From a virus: 21,002 nt of DNA. This document shows positions 1 to 7,464 of the stretch, piece after piece (the stretch's first letter is position 1; every line of letters begins with the position of its first letter). The notes beneath the pieces were generated by a model that had not been told where the DNA came from, did no database searches, and was given only the letters and a program-made list of their open reading frames with translations. The DNA is taken from UHGV virus genome UHGV-0195968; one strand, written 5' to 3'. Made by a program: the position numbers and the translations under genes.

Positions 1-2
1 TC

Positions 3-146
3 GCAGCCCTCCAGGCAAAGATTGATGCGCAAACAGCTTCAGTAGTTGGCTTGCAACAGGCGATGCACGAAGCGGTGAACGATGCTCTTCGCAATGCGCT
101 CAAGCCAGGCGGCATCCTCTGGAATACACGGTCGCGAGGAATCTGA
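3..146 (+). CDS. 3' end of an upstream ORF (last 47 codons, product unknown)
   Basis: Frame 3 is open from the window edge to TGA at 144-146 (translation ...AALQAKIDAQTASVVGLQQAMHEAVNDALRNALKPGGILWNTRSRGI*). It ends 11 nt before the next start, with GGGAGG in between. No recognisable motif. Confidence 0.3.
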   Translation, partial: AALQAKIDAQTASVVGLQQAMHEAVNDALRNALKPGGILWNTRSRGI

Positions 147-157
147 CGGGAGGTTTT

Positions 158-1615
158 ATGCAGGTCACTATTGATGGTGTCCCATACGCTCCCGCCAGCG
201 TCGTTTCATCACGGATCGGCATTGCCATTTCGACGCATCAGCGCGCAGACGTTTTAAAGCGAGCACTCGAACAGCACATGAAGCATCTTCCCGCCGGTGC
301 GCTGGTGGTGGTAGTCGATGATGGTTCAAAACCTGCAGCGGTAGTTCCACACGGCGTGCAGCTGCTTCGCCATGAAACATCACTCGGCATTGTTGCGTCG
401 AAGAACGCCAGCCTGACAGCCCTGATGGATGCCGGGTGTGAGCATCTGTTTTTATGGGATGATGACGCCTGGCCTATCGCTGATAACTGGCACCTCCCTT
501 ACATCGAATCACCAGAGCCGCACCTGGCTTACCAGTTTCTCGATCTTGCTGGCACGAACAAGCTGAATGACCTTTCGGTGCTTTACCGTGACGATCAGCA
601 TGTGGCGTACACCGGGCAGCGCGGCGTGATGCTTTATTACCACCGCAGCGCCATCGAGAAGGTAGGCGGATTCGATCCGGTTTATGGTCGCGGCATGTAC
701 GAGCACAGCGACCTCGCCTTGCGCATCCATAACGCAGGACTGACTACGTGGGCGTACGCTGATGTCGTCGGTTCAGAAAAGCTGATCCATTCTCTCGATG
801 AGCATGAGGCCGTAGAGCGTTCAGTGCCGAGGCCCGACCGCCAGGCGCTGGTGGAACGTAACGTGAAGATCCACAACGAACGACGTGATACCGGCTTTAC
901 CGGTTACGTTGAATACCGGAAGCAGCGCGACGTGGTAATCACAACGTTGCTCACCAGCCAGCCTGACCCGCAGCGCGGTACGAAAATGGCGGCCTCGCCT
1001 GAGATGCTGGCTAAATGGGCCGCATCACTCCGGCAGTGTGGACGTATCGCGCTGGTGGATGAACTGCAGACGCCACCGGCAGATGTTGAGTTGTACCGCG
1101 TTCCTGAGGTGAAGATGAATGTCTACTTCCGGCGCTGGCTGCATATCTGGCAGCACCTGCGAGATCACCCTGAATACCGGTTCGTCTGGTGTACTGATGG
1201 TACCGATGTCGAAATGCTCCGCGCACCGTGGGAAGAAATGCAGCCCGGGAATGTTTACGTCGGTTCTGAACCGAAGACATACGCCGACACCTGGGCGAAA
1301 CAGAATCATCCTGAGCGTATCTATCAGGAATTCATTGAAGCGCACCGCGGCGATGTGATGCTTAACGCTGGCCTGCTGGGTGGCACCCGCGCTGATGTAA
1401 TGGCGTTCGCTCACGGCATCATCCGTCTTTACTACCGGATCGAAAGTTATCGATTCTGGAAGAAAGAACAGGCTGGCGCCGCGGTGGGGGATATGATCGC
1501 TTTTGGCATTGTTGCTAAATCGCTTGGCGATCGCATTGTCACCGGCCCGCGTATCCACACAGTTTTTAAGACTGATGGTATTGGCAAAGAATGCGCCTGG
1601 TTTAAACACAAATAG
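158..1615 (+). CDS. Two-domain glycosyltransferase: N-terminal GT2 (GT-A fold) domain plus a C-terminal domain that may be a second GT-A-like domain
   Basis: 485-aa ORF with RBS GGGAGG 5 nt upstream of the ATG. GT2 signature order: IGIAISTHQR (first beta-strand), VVVVDDGS, LFLWDDD (DxD), EKVGGFDPVYGRGMYEHSDLALRIHNAG (GT2 C-terminal motif). No obvious transmembrane segment. The C-terminal ~230 aa carry VVITTLLT and FVWCTDGTD, reminiscent of GT8/nucleotide-diphospho-sugar transferase folds. Confidence 0.6.
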   Translation: MQVTIDGVPYAPASVVSSRIGIAISTHQRADVLKRALEQHMKHLPAGALVVVVDDGSKPAAVVPHGVQLLRHETSLGIVASKNASLTALMDAGCEHLFLWDDDAWPIADNWHLPYIESPEPHLAYQFLDLAGTNKLNDLSVLYRDDQHVAYTGQRGVMLYYHRSAIEKVGGFDPVYGRGMYEHSDLALRIHNAGLTTWAYADVVGSEKLIHSLDEHEAVERSVPRPDRQALVERNVKIHNERRDTGFTGYVEYRKQRDVVITTLLTSQPDPQRGTKMAASPEMLAKWAASLRQCGRIALVDELQTPPADVELYRVPEVKMNVYFRRWLHIWQHLRDHPEYRFVWCTDGTDVEMLRAPWEEMQPGNVYVGSEPKTYADTWAKQNHPERIYQEFIEAHRGDVMLNAGLLGGTRADVMAFAHGIIRLYYRIESYRFWKKEQAGAAVGDMIAFGIVAKSLGDRIVTGPRIHTVFKTDGIGKECAWFKHK

Positions 1616-1621
1616 GCTGAT

Positions 1622-2131
1622 ATGAAAAAGACCAGAACTTTCAGTGAAAGATTCTGGGAAAAGGTCGTTGTTGCTTCTCCAGATGAATGCTGGATCTGGA
1701 ATGCGGCTAAGAGAAAGAGTCCTATAGGCGGTGGGAGGTATTTATTTTACGGGCATTTGAAAGCTGGAGTTACTGCTGGCGGGCCTGGAAAAATGATTCT
1801 TGCACACAGAGCTTCATGGGAACTTAGCAACGGACCTATCCCAGACGGATATTTGATTGACCATACCTGCCATAACACTCTTTGCGTCAACCCAAAACAT
1901 CTTCGAATAGCAACACCAAAACAAAACGCTGAAAACAGGCAACGTCACTCCTCTGCGTCAGGATTTCGTGGAGTTACTTGGAATCGGGATATGAAGAAAT
2001 GGTGTGCTCATTATAAAGAGCATGGTACCCGGCATCACCTTGGTTACTTTGACTGTAAGCATGAAGCTGCTGAGGTTGCACGACGAGCCCGTAATGAGGT
2101 GTTTACCCATAATGATGCAGACAGAGATTAA
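1622..2131 (+). CDS. HNH endonuclease with AP2 DNA-binding domain (free-standing homing-endonuclease-like gene)
   Basis: 169-aa ORF. HNH core DHTCHNTLCVNPKHLRIATPKQNAEN; AP2-like segment SGFRGVTWNRDMKKWCAHYKEHGTRHHLGYFDCKHEAAEVARRAR. GC is clearly lower than the flanks (about 43% in the first 100 nt by hand count, against flanks that look high-50s%). Sits 6 nt after the stop of the upstream gene, and its 3' end overlaps the start of the next gene. Confidence 0.7.
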   Translation: MKKTRTFSERFWEKVVVASPDECWIWNAAKRKSPIGGGRYLFYGHLKAGVTAGGPGKMILAHRASWELSNGPIPDGYLIDHTCHNTLCVNPKHLRIATPKQNAENRQRHSSASGFRGVTWNRDMKKWCAHYKEHGTRHHLGYFDCKHEAAEVARRARNEVFTHNDADRD

Positions 2132-2702
2132 GTTTGTTGTGGTTGGCCATCACTCTCGCATAGGTCATGCGCAACGACTTGCCGCGCTGCTGGATGCTCA
2201 TCTGCTTATTGATGACGGTAACCGCGGCGCGAACTGGAATCATCGTCGCGCTATCGAATGGGCTGCTGAGCAACCTTGCCGGGTAGTGGTGTTGGAAGAA
2301 GACGCGCTTCCTGTGCAGGGCTTCACCGATAAGGTAACTGAATGGCTGGTGCGCTTCCCTGACGACATGCTGAGCTTTTATCTCGGTACCGGCCGACCGC
2401 CGCAGTATCAGAAAGAGATTGCCGGAATGCTGGTGGATGCGGATCGCGTCTGTGGTGACCACATCGTATTAAGCAAACTGATTCACGGCGTATGTTATAG
2501 CCCTCCTCGGGGAAGTTTGGCGCGCATGCTCAGTACATGGAACAAAACGCTGGCAGCTGATTACGCTGTCGGTGAGGCATTCGGTGGTCGGGTGATTTAT
2601 CCGTGTTACTCGCTGGTGGATCACGCTGACCTCCAGACGGTTGAGCGTCACCCTGACAACGAGCCGAGGACAGAACGCCGCCGCGCATGGAGGCTGGCAT
2701 AA
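2112..2702 (+). CDS. Glycosyltransferase-like protein, GT25-like (LPS-core-type GT-A) by motif pattern
   Basis: Taken from the internal ATG at 2112 (MMQTEIKFVVVGHH...) of the 2004..2702 ORF, because the upstream extension would run through the HNH-AP2 gene in another frame. Motif order resembles GT25: N-terminal beta-strand IKFVVVGH, GANWNHRRAIEWAAE, acidic VVVLEEDA. No transmembrane segment seen. The family assignment is from memory of the GT25 pattern, not from a search. Confidence 0.45.
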   Translation: MMQTEIKFVVVGHHSRIGHAQRLAALLDAHLLIDDGNRGANWNHRRAIEWAAEQPCRVVVLEEDALPVQGFTDKVTEWLVRFPDDMLSFYLGTGRPPQYQKEIAGMLVDADRVCGDHIVLSKLIHGVCYSPPRGSLARMLSTWNKTLAADYAVGEAFGGRVIYPCYSLVDHADLQTVERHPDNEPRTERRRAWRLA

Positions 2703-2746
2703 GCTGTTGTTTATCCCATCCTTCCTCACTTTGAGCACCGTTACGC

Positions 2747-3100
2747 ATGGAGACTGTCATGAACAAAGAGCCCCGCGTATATGGCAGCCGATGGGATAAG
2801 GCCCGTCTGCGTTTCCTGCAGCAGCACCCACTATGTGTGATGTGCGAGCAGCAGGGGCGGATTACCCCAGCAACGGTGGTTGACCATATCGAGCCCCACA
2901 AACTCAAAGATGCGCTTAAGTCAGGTAACCCGCTGGCCATATCGAAAGCACAGCTCCTGTTCTGGAGTAAAGAGAACTGGCAGCCACTGTGTAAAGCGCA
3001 TCATGACTCAACGAAACAGAGGATGGAGAAGAGCGGCGCGGTAATAGGCTGTGATGCCAATGGCTACCCGCTCGATCCTGCGTCTCACTGGAGCACGTAA
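2747..3100 (+). CDS. Phage HNH endonuclease, packaging-associated (HK97 gp74-like position)
   Basis: 117-aa ORF with HNH motifs VVDHIEPHK and NWQPLCKAHHDSTK and several Cys (CVMCEQ). Lies immediately upstream of the terminase genes. The true start may be the second ATG at 2759, which has GGAG upstream. Host-like GC. Confidence 0.75.
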   Translation: METVMNKEPRVYGSRWDKARLRFLQQHPLCVMCEQQGRITPATVVDHIEPHKLKDALKSGNPLAISKAQLLFWSKENWQPLCKAHHDSTKQRMEKSGAVIGCDANGYPLDPASHWST

Positions 3101-3303
3101 TGAAAGACCTCAGCATTGAATACCGCAATGGAAAATTCGTTCGCCTGGTGATTGATGGCGTGGAGATGAAGGACGTGACATCCATTCAGTTCTCGCACGC
3201 TGTAGGGCAGGAGATGCCGACGGTGACCATTTCAGGTCATGTTGTCTCCGGGCATCGGAAAGGCGATCAGAAACTCGAACAGGTAGACAAACATTCGGCA
3301 TAG
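3100..3303 (+). CDS. Hypothetical small protein (67 aa)
   Basis: ATG overlaps the HNH stop (TAATG), suggesting translational coupling. No recognisable motif, and no RBS was identified beyond the coupling. Confidence 0.35.
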   Translation: MKDLSIEYRNGKFVRLVIDGVEMKDVTSIQFSHAVGQEMPTVTISGHVVSGHRKGDQKLEQVDKHSA

Positions 3304-3486
3304 CGCGGCGGCGGCAAGTCGATTACCTATCATGTGAAATCATTTCAAATGCAACGATATCAAATGAGAATGAATCGCATCAGGGCAGGGGGGGGATCAA
3401 ATCTTCAAAACCTTTGCCCCAAATGACCGCCGCCAAAGTTTGATTTTAACGCTAACCCGATTTTTTTAGTTTTAAGGTGTTGACAT
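3304..3486. other. Putative cos / terminase-recognition region (non-coding)
   Basis: 183 bp without an ORF between the HNH-associated genes and terS. Contains four copies of (T/C)CAAAT(G/C) at 3345, 3360, 3397 and 3419; a G8 run at 3388-3395; and an inverted pair GGCGGCGG (3307-3314) / CCGCCGCC (3427-3434). In HK97-like phages cos lies between the HNH gene and terS. Confidence 0.35.
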
Positions 3487-3972
3487 ATGGCAGATAAACG
3501 AACCCGTTCCGACAGTTCGGCGGCAGCGGTTCAGGCCATGAAAAATGCAGCTGTGGACACCATCGATCCGCCGTCCCATGCAGGTTTGGAGAAAAAAGCC
3601 GAACCATTCTGGCATGACAATATCAGATCGAAAGCTCTGGACAGCTGGACGCCTGCCGACCTGCTGGCCGCCGTAGAACTGGCAAATAATCAGCTCTATA
3701 TCACCGTTTTACGCAAGGATTTACGCAAAGAAGAGCGTATACGCGGGGAGGAGCGAGACGAAGGCCTTATCAAAGACCTCCGCAAGCAAATTGTTGAGCT
3801 ACAACGAACTATCCTGGCTCAGCGCCGCGACCTCCAGATCCATTCACACGCAACCAACGGCGAAAGTCGCGACCAGAAGAAACGTAATCAGAACGATCGT
3901 GATGCACGGAATACCAAAAACGGACATCAGGACCAGGACGACAACCTGATCGCCTTTCCCAAACACGGATAA
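3487..3972 (+). CDS. terS: Terminase small subunit
   Basis: 161-aa ORF directly upstream of the large terminase gene. RBS AAGGTG 8 nt upstream. Highly charged C-terminal half. Assignment rests on position and size, typical of HK97-like packaging modules. Confidence 0.7.
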   Translation: MADKRTRSDSSAAAVQAMKNAAVDTIDPPSHAGLEKKAEPFWHDNIRSKALDSWTPADLLAAVELANNQLYITVLRKDLRKEERIRGEERDEGLIKDLRKQIVELQRTILAQRRDLQIHSHATNGESRDQKKRNQNDRDARNTKNGHQDQDDNLIAFPKHG

Positions 3973-3978
3973 ACGACT

Positions 3979-5493
3979 ATGACGCGAGGTGAGCGTGTAA
4001 TAGCGTTCATTGAGCGCTTTTGCATTGTGCCGGAAGGCAAGCTTCTCGGTAAGGCCATGCGGCTTGACCCATTTCAGAAAGAGTTCATCCTGGCGGTTTA
4101 CGACAATCCAGTCGGTACCGATAAAGCGATACTGAGCATCGCCCGCAAAAACGGCAAGACGGGGCTGATAGCCGGCATCCTGCTGGCGCACCTGGTGGGG
4201 CCAGAAGCGGTACAGAATACCCAGATCGTCAGCGGTGCTCTGAGCCGGGAGCAGGCATCTATCGTTTTCAACCTCGCGGTGAAGATGGTCAACCTGAACC
4301 CAAAATTGCAGGAGATTGTGCACATCACGCCCAGCGGCAAAAAGCTGATCGGGCTGCCGTGTAATGTCGAATATAAGGCGTTATCTGCTGAGGGTAAAAC
4401 CACACACGGACTGTCGCCTGTTCTGGCGATTCTGGACGAAACCGGGCAGGTAAGGGGGCCGCAGGATGATTTTATCGATGCGATCACCACAGCCCAGGGC
4501 GCGCATGAAAATCCGCTGCTGATAGTTATCAGCACTCAGGCGGCGAATGATGCCGATCTGTTAAGCATCTGGATTGATGATGCGGTCAAATCGAAAGATC
4601 CGCACATTGTCTGCCACGTTTACGAAGCGCCAAAAGACGCTGATATCGGTAAGCGGGAATCCTGGCTTGCCGCGAACCCGGCGTTAGGAACCTTCAGATC
4701 CGAAAAAGACATGGCGCGCCAGGCAGAAATGGCCGCGCGAATGCCGAGCTTCGAGAACACCTTCCGCAACCTCAACCTGAACCAGCGCGTTTCCACCGTA
4801 TCCCCGTTTATCTCACGTAGCGTGTGGGAGCTGTGCGGCGACATGCCGGTTAATACGCCGAGGAAGTGGTATGCAGGGCTGGACCTGTCAGCCAGGAATG
4901 ACTTAACGGCGCTGGTTATCGCTGGTGAAGCAGAGGATGGCGTCTGGGATATCTTCCCGTTCTTCTGGACGCCTCAAAAAACGCTGGAGGCACGGTCCAA
5001 AACAGACCGAGCGCCATATGACGTATGGGCCAGAGAGGGGCTTTTGCGCACCACGCCCGGCGCATCGGTCGATTACTCATTCGTGGTTGCCGATATTGCC
5101 GAAATAATCGGTGATTTCGATCTTACCTCAATGGCGTTCGACCGGTGGCGCATTGACCAGTTCAGGAAAGAGGCTGATGACATAGGCCTGAGCCTTCCTT
5201 TGGTTGAGTTCGGCCAGGGCTTCAAGGATATGGGCCCGGCAGTGGACACCCTTGAATCGCTGATGCTTAACGGGCGGGTAAGGCACGGCATGCACCCGGT
5301 ATTAACCATGTGCGCCGGGAACGCGGTGATCGTTAAAGATGCTGCCGGCAACCGTAAGCTGGATAAATCCAAAGCAACGGGCCGTATTGATGGCATGGTC
5401 GCAATGACGATGTCCGTTGGTGCTGCTAATGGGGAAGTTACCGAACAAGGTGGTGACTTCGATGACTTCATTTTCCGACCGCTGAGCATGTGA
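3979..5493 (+). CDS. terL: Terminase large subunit
   Basis: 504 aa. Walker A-like ARKNGKTG and Walker B-like VLAILDETG in the N-terminal ATPase region, with a C-terminal nuclease-like region (RIDGMVAMTMSVGA). Stop overlaps the portal start. Confidence 0.9.
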   Translation: MTRGERVIAFIERFCIVPEGKLLGKAMRLDPFQKEFILAVYDNPVGTDKAILSIARKNGKTGLIAGILLAHLVGPEAVQNTQIVSGALSREQASIVFNLAVKMVNLNPKLQEIVHITPSGKKLIGLPCNVEYKALSAEGKTTHGLSPVLAILDETGQVRGPQDDFIDAITTAQGAHENPLLIVISTQAANDADLLSIWIDDAVKSKDPHIVCHVYEAPKDADIGKRESWLAANPALGTFRSEKDMARQAEMAARMPSFENTFRNLNLNQRVSTVSPFISRSVWELCGDMPVNTPRKWYAGLDLSARNDLTALVIAGEAEDGVWDIFPFFWTPQKTLEARSKTDRAPYDVWAREGLLRTTPGASVDYSFVVADIAEIIGDFDLTSMAFDRWRIDQFRKEADDIGLSLPLVEFGQGFKDMGPAVDTLESLMLNGRVRHGMHPVLTMCAGNAVIVKDAAGNRKLDKSKATGRIDGMVAMTMSVGAANGEVTEQGGDFDDFIFRPLSM

Positions 5494-6767
5494 TGGAAGA
5501 ACCTAAATACACAATTGACCTTCGAACCAATAACGGCTGGTGGGCAAAGCTTCAGTCCTGGTTTGTCGGCGGGCGTTTAGTGACCCCAAATCAGGGCTCA
5601 CAGACGGGGCCTGTTTCGGCCCACGGACACCTGGGCGATTCATCCATTAACGATGAACGGATACTGCAAATTTCGACTGTGTGGCGCTGCGTGAGCCTGA
5701 TTTCAACGCTCACGGCATGCTTACCGCTTGATGTCTTCGAAACAGATCAGAATGACAACCGTAAAAAAGTGGATTTGAGCAATCCGCTGGCACGACTGCT
5801 GCGCTACTCACCGAATCAGTACATGACCGCCCAGGAATTCAGGGAGGCCATGACAATGCAGCTCTGTTTCTTCGGTAACGCGTATGCACTGATTGACCGC
5901 AACAGCGCGGGTGACGTGATCAGCCTTCTCCCGCTTCAGTCAGCCAGTATGGATGTGAAACTTGTCGGAAAAAAAGTGGTTTATCGCTATCAGCGAGACA
6001 GCGAATACGCCGACTTTTCGCAGAGAGAGATTTTTCACCTTAAAGGCTTCGGATTCACGGGGCTGGTCGGCCTGTCACCAATTGCTTTTGCCTGTAAATC
6101 GGCAGGGGTGGCGGTGGCGATGGAGGATCAGCAACGTGATTTCTTTGCTAATGGCGCCAAGTCTCCGCAAATTCTCATGACCGGAGACAGAGTTCTAACC
6201 GAACCACAGCGAAACCAGCTTGAAGAGAACTTTAAAGAGATCGCCGGCGGGCCTGTAAAAAAACGCCTCTGGATTCTGGAAGCGGGATTTACCACCTCAC
6301 CTATCGGCGTAACGCCACAGGATGCCGAGATGATGGCGTCCCGAAAATTCCAGGTTAGCGAACTGGCGCGATTCTTTGGCGTACCGCCTCACCTTGTCGG
6401 CGATGTTGAGAAGTCAACGAGCTGGGGCTCAGGCATCGAGCAGCAAAATCTCGGGTTTCTACAGTACACCCTACAGCCCTATATCTCCCGGTGGGAAAAC
6501 AGCATTCAGCGTTGGCTTATCCCGGCTAAGGATGTTGGCCGGATTCACGCTGAGCATAATCTTGATGGTCTGTTAAGGGGCGATTCTGCATCCCGCGCAG
6601 CCTTTATGAAGGCAATGGGCGAATCTGGGCTCCGCACCATTAACGAGATGCGCCGCACTGACAACATGCCTCCATTACCTGGTGGCGATGTGGCAATGCG
6701 ACAGGCGCAATACGTGCCGATCACCGACTTAGGAACCAACAAAGAGCCCCGTAATGACGGGGCTTAA
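5490..6767 (+). CDS. Portal protein (HK97 family)
   Basis: 425 aa. Start (GTG 5490 or ATG 5493) overlaps the terL stop. Position between terL and the prohead protease, and size typical of HK97-family portals. Confidence 0.85.
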   Translation: MMEEPKYTIDLRTNNGWWAKLQSWFVGGRLVTPNQGSQTGPVSAHGHLGDSSINDERILQISTVWRCVSLISTLTACLPLDVFETDQNDNRKKVDLSNPLARLLRYSPNQYMTAQEFREAMTMQLCFFGNAYALIDRNSAGDVISLLPLQSASMDVKLVGKKVVYRYQRDSEYADFSQREIFHLKGFGFTGLVGLSPIAFACKSAGVAVAMEDQQRDFFANGAKSPQILMTGDRVLTEPQRNQLEENFKEIAGGPVKKRLWILEAGFTTSPIGVTPQDAEMMASRKFQVSELARFFGVPPHLVGDVEKSTSWGSGIEQQNLGFLQYTLQPYISRWENSIQRWLIPAKDVGRIHAEHNLDGLLRGDSASRAAFMKAMGESGLRTINEMRRTDNMPPLPGGDVAMRQAQYVPITDLGTNKEPRNDGA

Positions 6768-6772
6768 TTTTT

Positions 6773-7462
6773 ATGGGGGCCGTAATGCCTGAAATTGTAA
6801 AAACGCTCTCTTTCGACGAGACAGAAATCAAATTCACTGGTGACGGAAAGCAGGGGATCTTTGAAGGATATGCCTCTGTCTTTAATAACACTGATTCCGA
6901 TGGCGACATCATTCTTCCCGGGGCGTTTAAAAACGCACTGGCAAACCAGACCCGAAAAGTGGCGATGTTTTTCAACCACAGGACTTGGGAATTGCCGGTT
7001 GGAAAATGGGACAACCTGGAAGAAGACCAAAAAGGGCTGTATGTGCGCGGACAGCTAACGCCAGGGCACAGCGGGGCCACTGATCTGAAAGCTGCAATGC
7101 AGCACGGTACGGTTGAGGGCATGTCGGTTGGCTTTTCCGTTGCAAAAGATGATTACACCACCATTCCCACCGGTCGAATTTTCAAGAATGTCCAGGCACT
7201 GCGCGAAATAAGCGTCTGCACCTTCCCGGCCAACGAACAGGCTGGCATTGCAGCCATGAAAAGTGTCGACGGCATTGAAACGATCCGTGATGTGGAGAAC
7301 TGGCTGAGGGATTCAGTCGGCCTCACCAAATCACAGGCAGTTGGGCTAATTGCCCGGTTTAAGTCAGCGATTCGGAGCGAGTCCGAGGGCGACGGAAACG
7401 AAGCACAAATCAAAGCTCTGCTTCAGAGCATCCAATCTTTCCCTTCTAACTTAGGTAAATAA
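6773..7462 (+). CDS. Prohead maturation protease (HK97 gp4-like, peptidase S78)
   Basis: 229 aa with the characteristic GYASVFNNTDSDGDIILPGAF segment. Located between portal and major capsid genes. The start may be the ATG at 6785, which has a GGGGG run upstream. Confidence 0.85.
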   Translation: MGAVMPEIVKTLSFDETEIKFTGDGKQGIFEGYASVFNNTDSDGDIILPGAFKNALANQTRKVAMFFNHRTWELPVGKWDNLEEDQKGLYVRGQLTPGHSGATDLKAAMQHGTVEGMSVGFSVAKDDYTTIPTGRIFKNVQALREISVCTFPANEQAGIAAMKSVDGIETIRDVENWLRDSVGLTKSQAVGLIARFKSAIRSESEGDGNEAQIKALLQSIQSFPSNLGK

Positions 7463-7464
7463 TT

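Noticed and set aside
1025-1609. 194-aa minus-strand ORF
   Set aside because: Lies entirely antisense to the GT2 gene, which has coherent family motifs. Long antisense ORFs are expected by chance in GC-rich coding DNA.
2004-2111. Upstream extension of the 2004..2702 ORF (MLIIKSMVPGITLV...)
   Set aside because: The extension lies wholly inside the HNH-AP2 gene in a different frame and has no RBS. The internal ATG at 2112/2115 begins the conserved N-terminal beta-strand, so the gene was called from 2112.
3479-3484. Perfect TTGACA hexamer
   Set aside because: It ends 2 nt before the terS ATG, so it cannot be a -35 element for terS. It is more likely spacer between the RBS and the start codon.
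5962-6180. 72-aa plus-strand ORF in an alternative frame
   Set aside because: Embedded within the portal gene in another frame. No RBS and no motif.
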